A stretch of 22,574 bases of DNA. Source: an uncultured Candidatus Saccharibacteria bacterium. GTDB taxonomy: Bacteria; Patescibacteriota; Minisyncoccia; Sungbacterales; SURF-37. The position numbers were made by a program, and so were the translations under genes. Below the pieces are notes generated by a model. That model did not search any database. It was not told the origin of the DNA and was given only the letters and a program-made list of their open reading frames with translations. The stretch lies in assembly GCA_964505815.1 (NCBI GenBank), contig CAZDKA010000009.1:1-22574 (forward strand), in the 5' to 3' direction. Position 1 is the stretch's first letter. Each line of letters begins with the position of its first letter. This document shows, piece after piece, positions 8,100 through 15,511 of the stretch.

Positions 8100-8185
8100 G
8101 TTACAAAACATTTACCCTGTTAAATAATTTTGCTCCGCAAAATTAGCGCGAAGCGCTATTTAACAGGGTGCTGAATTTTGCAGAC
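8100..8185 (+). repeat. Internally palindromic structured repeat element, copy 1
   Basis: Core 8115-8168: CCCTGTTAAATA | ATTTTGCtccGCAAAAT | TA | GCGCgaaGCGC | TATTTAACAGGG, a 12-bp closing stem around two small hairpins. A 65-nt stretch (8115-8179) is identical to the reverse complement of 22014-22078, and similarity continues to about 85-90 nt with a few mismatches. Confidence 0.6.
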
Positions 8186-8232
8186 GTTCGGGCTGCGTTA
8201 TAAAATAACTTGCCCTCACGGGCAAAATTCGC

Positions 8233-9144
8233 ATGATCTATCTCGTCTACGGGCCGGACACTTATCGTAGCCGCGCGCTGGTCAGGAACATCGTTGAAGA
8301 GTTTAAGAAAAAAACCGGCAGTACCCAGCCCTCCATTTTTCGCTTTGATGCCGAGGAGAACGAACCCGTCCTGCTTTTTAACGAGGCCCGCTCGCTTTCG
8401 TTTTTCGGGGCCAAGCGGCTTTTTGTCATTGAGCGGCTTTTCAGCGCCAAGAAAAATGCCGCTTCTGAGCTTGCTCCATTTCTTAAACAATGGGTGGAAA
8501 GCAAGGACGAAACTTTTGTTTTCTGGGACGTAGAGCTTTCCGATTCGCCGGCGCTTCGTCTGGTAAGGAAGCATGGGGCAAAAACGCAGGAGTTTCCTTT
8601 GCTTGAAGGCGCGCGACTTAGCGCATGGTTGGAGAGAGAATTGCAGCGAAGAGATATAACGCTCCCAAAAGAGGTGAGTAGAGGGCTCTCCGCGTCATCC
8701 TGCGGGGATCTCTGGAAACTCACCAGAGAGCTAGACAAATACGAGGTCGGCGGAGAGGCGGAGGTGTACAAGAAAAGGGCCGAAACAAAAATTTGGGATT
8801 TTACCGATTCGTTTTTTTCGGACAAGCGAAGGGCTCTCGTCGCATCTTTTAAACTTTTCCGCTCGGGCGAGGACGAGCTTTACCTTCTCGGCGCGCTCTC
8901 GCGAACGCTTCGCTCCCTGCTTGTTCTCCGCGATATTTTGGATAAAAATGGAAATCTTGCCGAAGCCGGGAATAAACTTGGGCTCAAGCCGTATCCTCTT
9001 TATAAACAAGCTGAAATTGCCCGTAGAGAGCCCTTAGGGACGCTCGCTTCGCTTCAGCGCCTGCTCTTCCGGGCCGATACAGACATAAAAACCGGGAAAC
9101 TCCCGGCGCCGATTGCGTTCCTGAATCTTTTTGTAAAAAATTGA
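8233..9144 (+). CDS. holA: DNA polymerase III delta subunit
   Basis: N-terminal IYLVYGPDTYRS ... FGAKRLFVIE pattern and a C-terminal helical domain typical of HolA. 303 aa. Ends in TGA. Confidence 0.7.
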   Translation: MIYLVYGPDTYRSRALVRNIVEEFKKKTGSTQPSIFRFDAEENEPVLLFNEARSLSFFGAKRLFVIERLFSAKKNAASELAPFLKQWVESKDETFVFWDVELSDSPALRLVRKHGAKTQEFPLLEGARLSAWLERELQRRDITLPKEVSRGLSASSCGDLWKLTRELDKYEVGGEAEVYKKRAETKIWDFTDSFFSDKRRALVASFKLFRSGEDELYLLGALSRTLRSLLVLRDILDKNGNLAEAGNKLGLKPYPLYKQAEIARREPLGTLASLQRLLFRADTDIKTGKLPAPIAFLNLFVKN

Positions 9145-9184
9145 TAAGAATTCAGCGCTATTTTTGCTGTTTTTAGGGCAATAA

Positions 9185-9236
9185 TGATTGTTAACATTTC
9201 ATGGACGATCGTCAGTAAGTTGTTAACAGTTAACAA
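9185..9236. promoter_or_regulatory. Composite palindromic site TGATTGTTAACA-N7-GACGATCGTC-N6-TTGTTAACAgTTAACAA (copy B)
   Basis: Same architecture and spacing as 4171-4217, with a perfect central palindrome GACGATCGTC. Lies in the convergent gap between holA and rpsT. Confidence 0.45.
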
Positions 9237-9240
9237 CGGG

Positions 9241-9510
9241 TTAAGTCCCTTTTGGTTTGCGAATCAGTTTCGCCAGGCGCGACTTTCTGCGGGAAGCCGC
9301 GTTTTTCTTTATTGCTCCGGTTTTGGCCGCCTTATCAAGCGCTTTATAGGCCTTGGGCAAGAGGGACTCGGCCTCCTTTGTTTTTCCAGCCGCTGCAAGT
9401 TTTTTTATTTCTTTTGTAACGCGGCGAAATTCCTCTTTGCGCTTGATGTTTCTTGCGTGCCTTCTGAATGACTGACGTAGGGCCTTTTTTGCTGAACGGG
9501 TTATGGGCAT
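9241..9510 (-). CDS. rpsT: 30S ribosomal protein S20
   Basis: 89 aa, basic. MPITRSAKKALRQSFRRHARN ... is typical of S20. Confidence 0.9.
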   Translation of the reverse strand: MPITRSAKKALRQSFRRHARNIKRKEEFRRVTKEIKKLAAAGKTKEAESLLPKAYKALDKAAKTGAIKKNAASRRKSRLAKLIRKPKGT

Positions 9511-9517
9511 ATCTTGG

Positions 9518-9757
9518 TTACCTGCCAGCAGGCGCCAACAGTTTTTTGTGTCTCGAGTTGAGAAGCAAGGAGGCCTTTTTCAGAAAGCCGGTCGCCTCAA
9601 GAATTTCAAAATATACAGGTATGCCCTCCGGACTGAAGTGTACGATAGCGTTTCCCATCTCTACTGCGTAATCTATCGGCTTTTTATCCATTTCTATCCT
9701 TAGCACGTCCGCCTCCGGCTCGTAGCTCATTTTTATTTTTTTATTATTTTTTTTCAT
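9518..9757 (-). CDS. DUF2283-family small protein (putative antitoxin-like partner)
   Basis: SYEPEADVLRIEM ... AIVHFSPEGIPVYFEILEA matches the DUF2283 pattern (YDxEADALYI). The likely true start is the internal Met (MSYEPE), near 9730. It overlaps the stop of the upstream DUF4258-like frame. Confidence 0.65.
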   Translation of the reverse strand: MKKNNKKIKMSYEPEADVLRIEMDKKPIDYAVEMGNAIVHFSPEGIPVYFEILEATGFLKKASLLLNSRHKKLLAPAGR

Positions 9758-9998
9758 ATTGCGTTTTTCTTCCCGGATAGAAAGTAATAATGGTTTTTAT
9801 ACCGTTGTCTTCTTTATATATTACCCGAAGCACGTGTGTTTTGTCAAAATCGCGCTGGGCAATTTTCAGCGGTCAGCGCGAGTTATCAATAAGTTGAGGA
9901 ACGCTGACCGTTTTGACCACGGCGCTTCTTGGAATTTTAAATTCATGCCGTTTCAGAATTTCAAATTTTTCCAGAGCGTGTTTTGTGAAACGAAGCAT
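9744..9998 (-). pseudogene. DUF4258-like gene (toxin-like partner of DUF2283) interrupted by an in-frame TGA
   Basis: Minus-strand frame MLRFTKHALEKFEILKRHEFKIPRSAVVKTVSVPQLIDNSR-[TGA at 9873-9875]-PLKIAQRDFDKTHVLRVIYKEDNGIKTIITFYPGRKTQYEKK matches DUF4258 (FTKHALE ... HVLRVIY ... ITFYPGRK). I derived it by hand; each half is under 60 aa, so it is absent from the ORF track. The + strand text was checked against the track ORF 9759-10010. Confidence 0.55.
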
Positions 9999-10050
9999 AA
10001 ACCAAATTAAGCATATCTTTTATAAATACCTTGTCAACCGCAAAGCAGCA

Positions 10051-10074
10051 AAAAACCGCCCCATTCGGGGCGGT
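10051..10074 (-). terminator. Rho-independent terminator for the 10089-10601 gene
   Basis: On the minus strand: CCGCCCCgaatGGGGCGG followed by TTTTTT. Confidence 0.6.
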
Positions 10075-10088
10075 AACCGTATTGATGT

Positions 10089-10601
10089 TTACTTCCTCAT
10101 TTTTTCTTGGAGGTTATTGTTGAATGCGGAGAGCCCCTTTAGGAGATCGGGGCACATCTCTATAACTTCATTCAAATCTTTTTTCAACTTCTCTTGGGAA
10201 AGCCGGGAAACGGCCTCTTGAAAATCATAAGGGACACCAAAGGATACCCAGATGTTTTGTGTGTAAAGATAATCTCGCGCGATGGCCGGTTTATCTTCTG
10301 CGGGATCCCCAGTTCTATAGATCATGATGGTTGGAGTGCCGTTGACAGCAATTTCTAACACCGCTTGCAGCTTCTCAAGGCCGAGGCGCATTCTTTCGGA
10401 TTCTTTCATAGCAGTATTGATTGTAACAAACATTGAGATTTTGAGGGTGTTATTCGCATCAACTTGGCATGTGCCGCTAAACTTATACGGCCAGTTTTGG
10501 TAGCCATCAGGAAGATCGGGTTTTTCAACCGGCTGGCCAGCGGCAAACACAGAAGATGCGCCCATCGCCATAATAACCGCGATAACAAATAACTTTTTCA
10601 C
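10089..10601 (-). CDS. Secreted hypothetical protein (signal peptide)
   Basis: AAAGGAGGG RBS 5 nt upstream of a GTG start (VKKLFVIAVIMAMGASSVFAAG signal peptide). The track ORF extends to 10652, but the RBS supports the 10601 start. Confidence 0.55.
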   Translation of the reverse strand: MKKLFVIAVIMAMGASSVFAAGQPVEKPDLPDGYQNWPYKFSGTCQVDANNTLKISMFVTINTAMKESERMRLGLEKLQAVLEIAVNGTPTIMIYRTGDPAEDKPAIARDYLYTQNIWVSFGVPYDFQEAVSRLSQEKLKKDLNEVIEMCPDLLKGLSAFNNNLQEKMRK

Positions 10602-10698
10602 GTCATCCCTCCTTTGATTTGTTGGTTTGAAAGAGCAAGCCATTTGTAGCAATATGCCAATTTTTTGTCAATAAAAATTGCGCCTTACAGCAACGGTG

Positions 10699-10727
10699 TT
10701 GACACAAAGAGCGGTTTTTGGTAGTAT
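10699..10727 (+). promoter_or_regulatory. Sigma70-type promoter (TTGACA, 17 bp spacer, TAGTAT)
   Basis: Near-consensus hexamers with optimal spacing, about 35 nt upstream of the AAAGGAGG RBS and ATG at 10761. Confidence 0.55.
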
Positions 10728-10760
10728 GTTCTTAGCTCTTGTAGAATAAAGGAGGACGAT

Positions 10761-11285
10761 ATGGAAAAAGTCCCCTCTCTAGAACAGGTAGAGACGGCGC
10801 GACAACTGAATGCCATTTTCGTGGAGACGCTTGATAACAACTTTGAAATGGTGGACGCCGAAGTTTTCGGTGACTTGATGTCCGAGGCGGAGTTTAACGG
10901 CCAGAGCACGCTTTTCAATACTCCACAAGAAGTCGCAAGATGGTGCACATTAATTCCGCTTTTCGCAGCTCTTTTCTTACGCGGTTCTATCGCGTTTTTC
11001 ATACGCAGTGGCCATCCGGCGCAGTGGAAGAAAACAGCGGAGGAAAATAGAAAAGCCATTGCTGATGCGATAGAGCAGATGGGAGGGTTTGAAAACCTTG
11101 AAAAAATGTCTCTTGATGAACTCGCGGCTCGGGCAGAGCAGGAGTTGGCTCACGTAGAAGAACATCTCATGACTTCTCCCGGCGAAGAAGAGAAGAAGGT
11201 AATTGTGGTGCGCAAAGGAGAAGATGAGGTGTTCAGGAAAATCAGCGAGTTCTTCATCAGCGAAAAAGGTGTCGTCAGATTGTAA
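10761..11285 (+). CDS. Hypothetical protein
   Basis: Strong promoter, RBS and terminator. No recognisable family. Confidence 0.55.
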   Translation: MEKVPSLEQVETARQLNAIFVETLDNNFEMVDAEVFGDLMSEAEFNGQSTLFNTPQEVARWCTLIPLFAALFLRGSIAFFIRSGHPAQWKKTAEENRKAIADAIEQMGGFENLEKMSLDELAARAEQELAHVEEHLMTSPGEEEKKVIVVRKGEDEVFRKISEFFISEKGVVRL

Positions 11286-11313
11286 CCGGTCAGCGACCGG
11301 TTTTCTATTTTTT
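11286..11313 (+). terminator. Rho-independent terminator
   Basis: CCGGTcagcGACCGG followed by TTTTCTATTTTTT. Confidence 0.6.
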
Positions 11314-11352
11314 CTGTTTGATTAGGTAATGCCGAATAGCTCCTATAAATAG

Positions 11353-11390
11353 TTGTCACAAATAAAAGCGATCGCTTTTATTTGTGACAA
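11353..11390. repeat. 38-bp perfect palindrome TTGTCACAAATAAAAGCGATCGCTTTTATTTGTGACAA (P1)
   Basis: Perfect dyad abutting the uvrB stop codon. Its central core AAAGCGATCGCTTT is shared with the palindromes at 13474 and 14086. Likely a bidirectional terminator or protein-binding site. Confidence 0.6.
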
Positions 11391-11392
11391 TT

Positions 11393-13459
11393 TCATTTTC
11401 TTCTCCGATATTGTTTGATCCGATCTCGGATTCTTGCTGCCAACTCGAAATTCATCGCTTTCGCCGCTTTTCGCATTTCGTGCTCAAGCGCGGCGATAAT
11501 TTCGCGAGTCGGCGCGCCAAGCGGACCCGTAAAGTCCTCTTCTTTTTGCGGAGCCATTTCCTCAAGAAGCGATTTTCGTATTGCTTTTTCAATTTTTTGC
11601 GGGGTAATGCCGTTTGCGCGGTTATATTCTTCCTGGGTTTTTCTCCTGCGCCGTGTCTCATCCATTGCCCGCTTCATTGAATCGGTAACCGTATCCGCGT
11701 AAAGAATGACCTGGCCGTCAGCGTGCCGAGCGGCGCGCCCCATTATTTGCAGAAGCGTTACATCGTTTCTCAAAAATCCTTCTTTGTCGGCATCCAATAT
11801 GGCAATGAATGAAACCTCGGGCAGATCCAGCCCCTCTCGCAAAAGGTTAATGCCTACGATGACATCGTGTTTTCCTATTCTTAAGTTCTTGAGAACATCA
11901 GAGCGTTCCAGGGTTTTCACTTCGGAGTGGAGGTATTCGGCTTTAATATCCGCCTCCTGTAGATGCTCGGCAATATCTTCAGCCAGGCGCTTGGTGAGCG
12001 CCAAAACAAGCGAGCGCTCTTTTTTGGCGATTCTTTTTTTGACCTCGGCTATAACATCTTTCATCTGCCCGCTCGTCGGCCGCACTTCTATTTTTGGGTC
12101 AAGCACGCCGGTTGGCCGCACGAGCTGTTCTACAATACAAGGCGACTCTAATTTGCGAATATCACTCAAATTATTCGAATCATTCGAGTGAATTCGAGTA
12201 TTGGAGTCGCGTCTCTCGCAGTGTTTAATTGAAATCTCTAACTCATAAGAGGCCGGCGTAGCTGAAACGTAAATTCTTTGCCCAATTTTTTTGTCAAACT
12301 CCGGAAATTTCAGCGGCCGGTTATCCACGGCTGAGGGCAGGCGGAAGCCGTAGTCAACCAGCGTCTGCTTCCGGGCGTAATCGCCATGATACATGCCTCG
12401 TAGCTGCGGAACGGAGGCATGCGACTCGTCAATGAAAACCAGAAAATTGTCGCCGAAGCGGTGGCGGTAATAATCAATCAGAGTAAAAGGCGGCGTTCCC
12501 GGTTCGCGGAAAGAAAGATGTCGCGAGTAATTCTCAATGCCGTTTGTGTAGCCGACCTCTTCAAGCATTTCCATGTCAAAGTTAGTTCGCTGTGATAAGC
12601 GTTCGGCTTCAAGCAGACGGCCGTTTTTTTTGAGTTCGCCAAGCCGCTCTTTGAGTTCCCGGCGGATGTTTTTTATGGCGAGCTTAAGTTTCTGGCGGGG
12701 AGTTACAAAATGCTTGGCCGGAAATATCTTTATTGTTTTTATTGTCTCCGGGGCGGTTTTTTTGTCCCCATGCCTTAGGCCGACTTTTTCAGTATTTATG
12801 GCGGCAACGGCGTTGTTTCTCAGTTCAACCACGACTTTTTCCTCGCCCGAGGGCAGGTAAATTTCCACCGCGTCCCCGCGTATTCGGAAATGCCCCTGGC
12901 GGGGATCAAATTCGTTTTTGGCGTACTGCAAAAGCACGAGGTAGCGCAAAAGGTCCCGGCGCGAGATTTTTTTGCCGACTTTCAGCTCCAACGCGACTTT
13001 TTCATATTCTTCGGGATCGCCGATGCCGTAAATGCAGGAAACCGAAGCTACTATAATTACGTCGTTCCTTGTCAAAAGCGATGCGGTTGCGGCGTGTCTC
13101 AGGGCGTCAATTATTTCGTTGATTTTCGCGTCCTTCTCAATATAAGTGTCGCTCTGGGGGATATAGGCCTCGGGCTGGTAGTAGTCGTAGTAGGAAACAA
13201 AATAATGAACGGCGTTTTCAGGAAAAAATTCTTTGAATTCCTGATAAAGCTGCGCGGCAAGAGTTTTATTGTGCGAAATCACGAGTGTCGGTAATTGAGC
13301 TCGTTCAATGACGTTGGCCATGGTGAAAGTTTTTCCCGAGCCGGTAACGCCTAAAAGCGTTTGATGTTTTGCGCCTAAACGCAAATTCGCCGCTAGTTTT
13401 TCAATAGCAACTGGCTGATCACCAGTAGGTTGGAAGTTTGATTTTAGCTTGAGACGCAT
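11393..13459 (-). CDS. uvrB: Excinuclease ABC subunit B
   Basis: 688 aa. Walker [11 protein letters not shown], then [19 protein letters not shown], helicase motifs, and the C-terminal UvrC-interaction helix [11 protein letters not shown]. Carries a ~30 aa insertion relative to canonical UvrB (see findings). Confidence 0.9.
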   Translation of the reverse strand: MRLKLKSNFQPTGDQPVAIEKLAANLRLGAKHQTLLGVTGSGKTFTMANVIERAQLPTLVISHNKTLAAQLYQEFKEFFPENAVHYFVSYYDYYQPEAYIPQSDTYIEKDAKINEIIDALRHAATASLLTRNDVIIVASVSCIYGIGDPEEYEKVALELKVGKKISRRDLLRYLVLLQYAKNEFDPRQGHFRIRGDAVEIYLPSGEEKVVVELRNNAVAAINTEKVGLRHGDKKTAPETIKTIKIFPAKHFVTPRQKLKLAIKNIRRELKERLGELKKNGRLLEAERLSQRTNFDMEMLEEVGYTNGIENYSRHLSFREPGTPPFTLIDYYRHRFGDNFLVFIDESHASVPQLRGMYHGDYARKQTLVDYGFRLPSAVDNRPLKFPEFDKKIGQRIYVSATPASYELEISIKHCERRDSNTRIHSNDSNNLSDIRKLESPCIVEQLVRPTGVLDPKIEVRPTSGQMKDVIAEVKKRIAKKERSLVLALTKRLAEDIAEHLQEADIKAEYLHSEVKTLERSDVLKNLRIGKHDVIVGINLLREGLDLPEVSFIAILDADKEGFLRNDVTLLQIMGRAARHADGQVILYADTVTDSMKRAMDETRRRRKTQEEYNRANGITPQKIEKAIRKSLLEEMAPQKEEDFTGPLGAPTREIIAALEHEMRKAAKAMNFELAARIRDRIKQYRRRK

Positions 13460-13473
13460 TTTCGCGTTTTCAA

Positions 13474-13513
13474 ATGTTCATTATTTTAAGCGGTCGCTTA
13501 AAATAATGAACAT
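13474..13513. repeat. 40-bp palindrome ATGTTCATTATTTTAAGCGGTCGCTTAAAATAATGAACAT (P2)
   Basis: Near-perfect dyad with a GTC centre. Sits between the stop of the PaaX-like gene and the uvrB start, 14 nt upstream of the uvrB ATG. A second copy at 14086-14125 differs by a compensatory pair. Confidence 0.6.
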
Positions 13514-14065
13514 TTATAAAAGGTGGAATTTTTTCTTGAGGTGCAACTCGTTATCAATGTGGTGGGCCTCTATAAAACGGACGTAACGTCGAGCGTCATA
13601 AAGTTCGATGACGAAGTCAATCTCATTTCTGCATTCGTAGGGATGCACGAAGACGCTTTTCTGCAACTCTATAAGTCCGAGCTGTTGGAGACGCATACGA
13701 AGGGCATCACGCAAGGGTTTTTGTTTCTCCGGAATATCAAAAAGAATAACCCTCCACTGTTTATCCCATATTGGTTGTTCGGGTATCACCATCTCATCAA
13801 GTTTATAGCGTAGTGCGACTTGCTGTCCTTTTCGGCTCAAAACAGCTTCGGTTGTTCCGTCTTTATGCTCTACGAGCCGGATAAGTTTTGACTGATAAAG
13901 TCTTCGGATGGCCTGATACAGTTCGCGGCGATCAAGCTCTTTCCATTCTTTAGAAATTGCTTTCAACACCCGTGCATACTTTCTGGGAGAACCAGAAAGA
14001 CCGAGCGCAAAACCCCCGAGTAGCAAAAGAAGCATCTTTTGGGCCGTTAACCCAAGTTTCGGCAT
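13514..14065 (-). CDS. Short PaaX-like transcriptional regulator (winged-helix N-terminus plus PaaX_C-like domain)
   Basis: The C-terminal half (WDKQWRVILFDIPEKQKPLRDALRMRLQQLGLIELQKSVFVHPYE ... YVRFIEAHH) follows the PaaX C-domain pattern (WDGxWxhVhFxhPE..R.hRD.hRR.L.WLGFG.L..GVWISPH). The N-terminus (MLLLLLGGFALG ... AISKEW ... YQAIRRL) resembles the PaaX N-terminal region. Confidence 0.5.
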   Translation of the reverse strand: MPKLGLTAQKMLLLLLGGFALGLSGSPRKYARVLKAISKEWKELDRRELYQAIRRLYQSKLIRLVEHKDGTTEAVLSRKGQQVALRYKLDEMVIPEQPIWDKQWRVILFDIPEKQKPLRDALRMRLQQLGLIELQKSVFVHPYECRNEIDFVIELYDARRYVRFIEAHHIDNELHLKKKFHLL

Positions 14066-14085
14066 TCTTTTAAGGTTAAAATAAA

Positions 14086-14125
14086 ATGTTCATTATTTCA
14101 AGCGGTCGCTTGAAATAATGAACAT
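14086..14125. repeat. 40-bp palindrome ATGTTCATTATTTCAAGCGGTCGCTTGAAATAATGAACAT (P3)
   Basis: Second copy of P2, 20 nt upstream of the PaaX-like start. It differs from P2 at two symmetric positions (T to C and A to G) that preserve the dyad. Confidence 0.6.
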
Positions 14126-14138
14126 TTGCGGGACGGTT

Positions 14139-14163
14139 CGTTTGGGCACAGGCCGTTTGGGCC
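14139..14163 (+). promoter_or_regulatory. Direct repeats CGTTTGGGC x2 (16-bp register) upstream of the 14238 promoter
   Basis: CGTTTGGGCacaggccGTTTGGGCC read directly. Lies between palindrome P3 and the -35 at 14172. Confidence 0.3.
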
Positions 14164-14171
14164 CAGAAACC

Positions 14172-14200
14172 TTGACTTAAATTTGAAGCTCATGTATTAA
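14172..14200 (+). promoter_or_regulatory. Sigma70-type promoter (TTGACT, 17 bp spacer, TATTAA)
   Basis: Hexamers and spacing read directly, upstream of the AAGGAGG RBS and ATG at 14238. Confidence 0.5.
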
Positions 14201-14237
14201 TACTAAGGCTGTTTAAAAACCTTATAAGGAGGAGCAA

Positions 14238-14795
14238 ATGAAGCGTATTGTGCTTTTTTGTGTTGTTGCGATTATTGTTTTTCAGCCGCTGACGATTTCG
14301 GCACAGAATCAATTGCTTGAACCGGGACCGGCTTTTAACGCTTGGATCAAAATAAATGAATTTGTGGAACGGTACGACATTGATATTATCCGAAGAATTT
14401 ACCAACACCCGGACGATCGCACCATTGAAGGATGGACGACGTCCATACGAGTGGAGGGAAGCGAAACGCTCCTGCTCAAGGTTTGGGACATCGATCGAAA
14501 ACAAAACGGTGGGTATGGCTGGAAAAATATGAAAGCTGCTCTTCGTCTGCCCGGGGGCAAGTGGTTTGTCGGGGAAACCGGTAAACTGCCTGATGAGCAT
14601 ATAGAATTAGGTCTTTGGGGATATAATCTTGTTATTCACGTCTTTAAGCTGGATGAGAAAGCTTTGCAGGATTGCGAAGAAGAAAAAATGCGCCTAAAAG
14701 AGTTGGGCGGAGACAAAGATTGCGATGATTTGCTTTACGACAAAAGACAAAACGGTATGTATATTTCAATTCCCGCCAGAAAATATGATAAGTAG
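14238..14795 (+). CDS. Secreted hypothetical protein (signal peptide), AT-rich
   Basis: AAGGAGG RBS. Signal peptide MKRIVLFCVVAIIVFQPLTISAQ. Divergent from the PaaX-like regulator. Followed by a terminator. Confidence 0.6.
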   Translation: MKRIVLFCVVAIIVFQPLTISAQNQLLEPGPAFNAWIKINEFVERYDIDIIRRIYQHPDDRTIEGWTTSIRVEGSETLLLKVWDIDRKQNGGYGWKNMKAALRLPGGKWFVGETGKLPDEHIELGLWGYNLVIHVFKLDEKALQDCEEEKMRLKELGGDKDCDDLLYDKRQNGMYISIPARKYDK

Positions 14796-14808
14796 TTAAT
14801 CGCTCGCC

Positions 14809-14832
14809 GGTCTCAAGACCGGTTTTTTTATT
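14809..14832 (+). terminator. Rho-independent terminator
   Basis: CCGGTCTcaaGACCGG followed by TTTTTTTATT. Confidence 0.6.
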
Positions 14833-14856
14833 GCATTAAAAAGAGTATAATAACAG

Positions 14857-15471
14857 ATGAAGAAGATGATTACTCTTATCGAAGGGAAAATTGAGTTCAA
14901 AGGGGAAAGGTTTGCGGTCATAAATGTCGGCGGCGTGGGCTACCGAGTATTTGCATCGCCCGAAACGCTCAAGAAAATACCAGAAAAAGGTGGAGACGTC
15001 AACCGTTCGAATCCGCCCACGGTAAAACTCTGGACGCATCTCCACGTCAAAGAAGACGCTCTTGATCTTTACGGATTTTTGCATCTTGCCGAGCTTGATC
15101 TTTTTGAAACGTTGATTTCCGCACCCGGCATTGGCCCGAGAAAAGCCCTGAGCGTTCTTTCCGCCGCGCCCATTGACACTCTCCGCAGAGCCATTGCTGC
15201 CGGAGACACCTCGTATCTTTCCAAGGTCTCCGGCATCGGCAGAAAGACCGCTGAGAAGATAGTGGTGGAGCTGAAAGAGAAAATGGCCGGAAGAGGCATC
15301 ACGGTTGAGGCGCCGGAGTTGAAAGAGGAAGCCGACGCGCTGGACGCGCTGGTATCACTCGGCTATTCGCAGAGAGAAGCGCGGGAAGCGCTTGCGGCTA
15401 TACCGCAAAAGATTACGAGCGCTGAAAAGCGCATTAAGGAGGCTCTGAAAAAAATAGGAAATAGAGAGTAA
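14857..15471 (+). CDS. ruvA: Holliday junction branch migration protein RuvA
   Basis: N-terminal OB domain (MITLIEGKI ... VINVGGVGYRV), two HhH motifs (PGIGPRKA, VSGIGRKTAEKI) and a C-terminal domain. No ruvB follows. Confidence 0.8.
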   Translation: MKKMITLIEGKIEFKGERFAVINVGGVGYRVFASPETLKKIPEKGGDVNRSNPPTVKLWTHLHVKEDALDLYGFLHLAELDLFETLISAPGIGPRKALSVLSAAPIDTLRRAIAAGDTSYLSKVSGIGRKTAEKIVVELKEKMAGRGITVEAPELKEEADALDALVSLGYSQREAREALAAIPQKITSAEKRIKEALKKIGNRE

Positions 15472-15476
15472 AAAAC

Positions 15477-15506
15477 CCCAAGCCGTTATTCCGGCTCAGG
15501 GTAGTT
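15477..15506 (-). terminator. Probable terminator for the minus-strand two-gene operon
   Basis: On the minus strand: CCCtgaGCCGgaataaCGGCttGGG, an imperfect stem, followed by GTTTTT. Confidence 0.35.
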
Positions 15507-15511
15507 GAGGG

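Noticed and set aside
8262-8825. 187-aa minus-strand ORF antisense to holA
   Set aside because: holA on the + strand matches the DNA polymerase III delta pattern. The antisense product is Ser/Leu-rich low complexity.
9873-9875. Possibility that the in-frame TGA indicates an alternative genetic code (UGA = Gly or Trp, as in some CPR lineages)
   Set aside because: holA (8233-9144) and tsaE terminate with TGA at positions matching the expected protein lengths, so TGA is a functional stop here. A pseudogene or a sequencing error is more parsimonious.
9759-10010. 83-aa + strand ORF (TTG start) called by the track
   Set aside because: The opposite strand encodes a recognisable DUF4258 protein over exactly this interval. 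The + frame product is Phe/Tyr-rich nonsense.
15000-15020. tRNA-like T-loop sequence GTTCGAATCC
   Set aside because: The flanking bases do not form a T-stem or the rest of a cloverleaf. The segment lies inside the well-supported ruvA coding frame.
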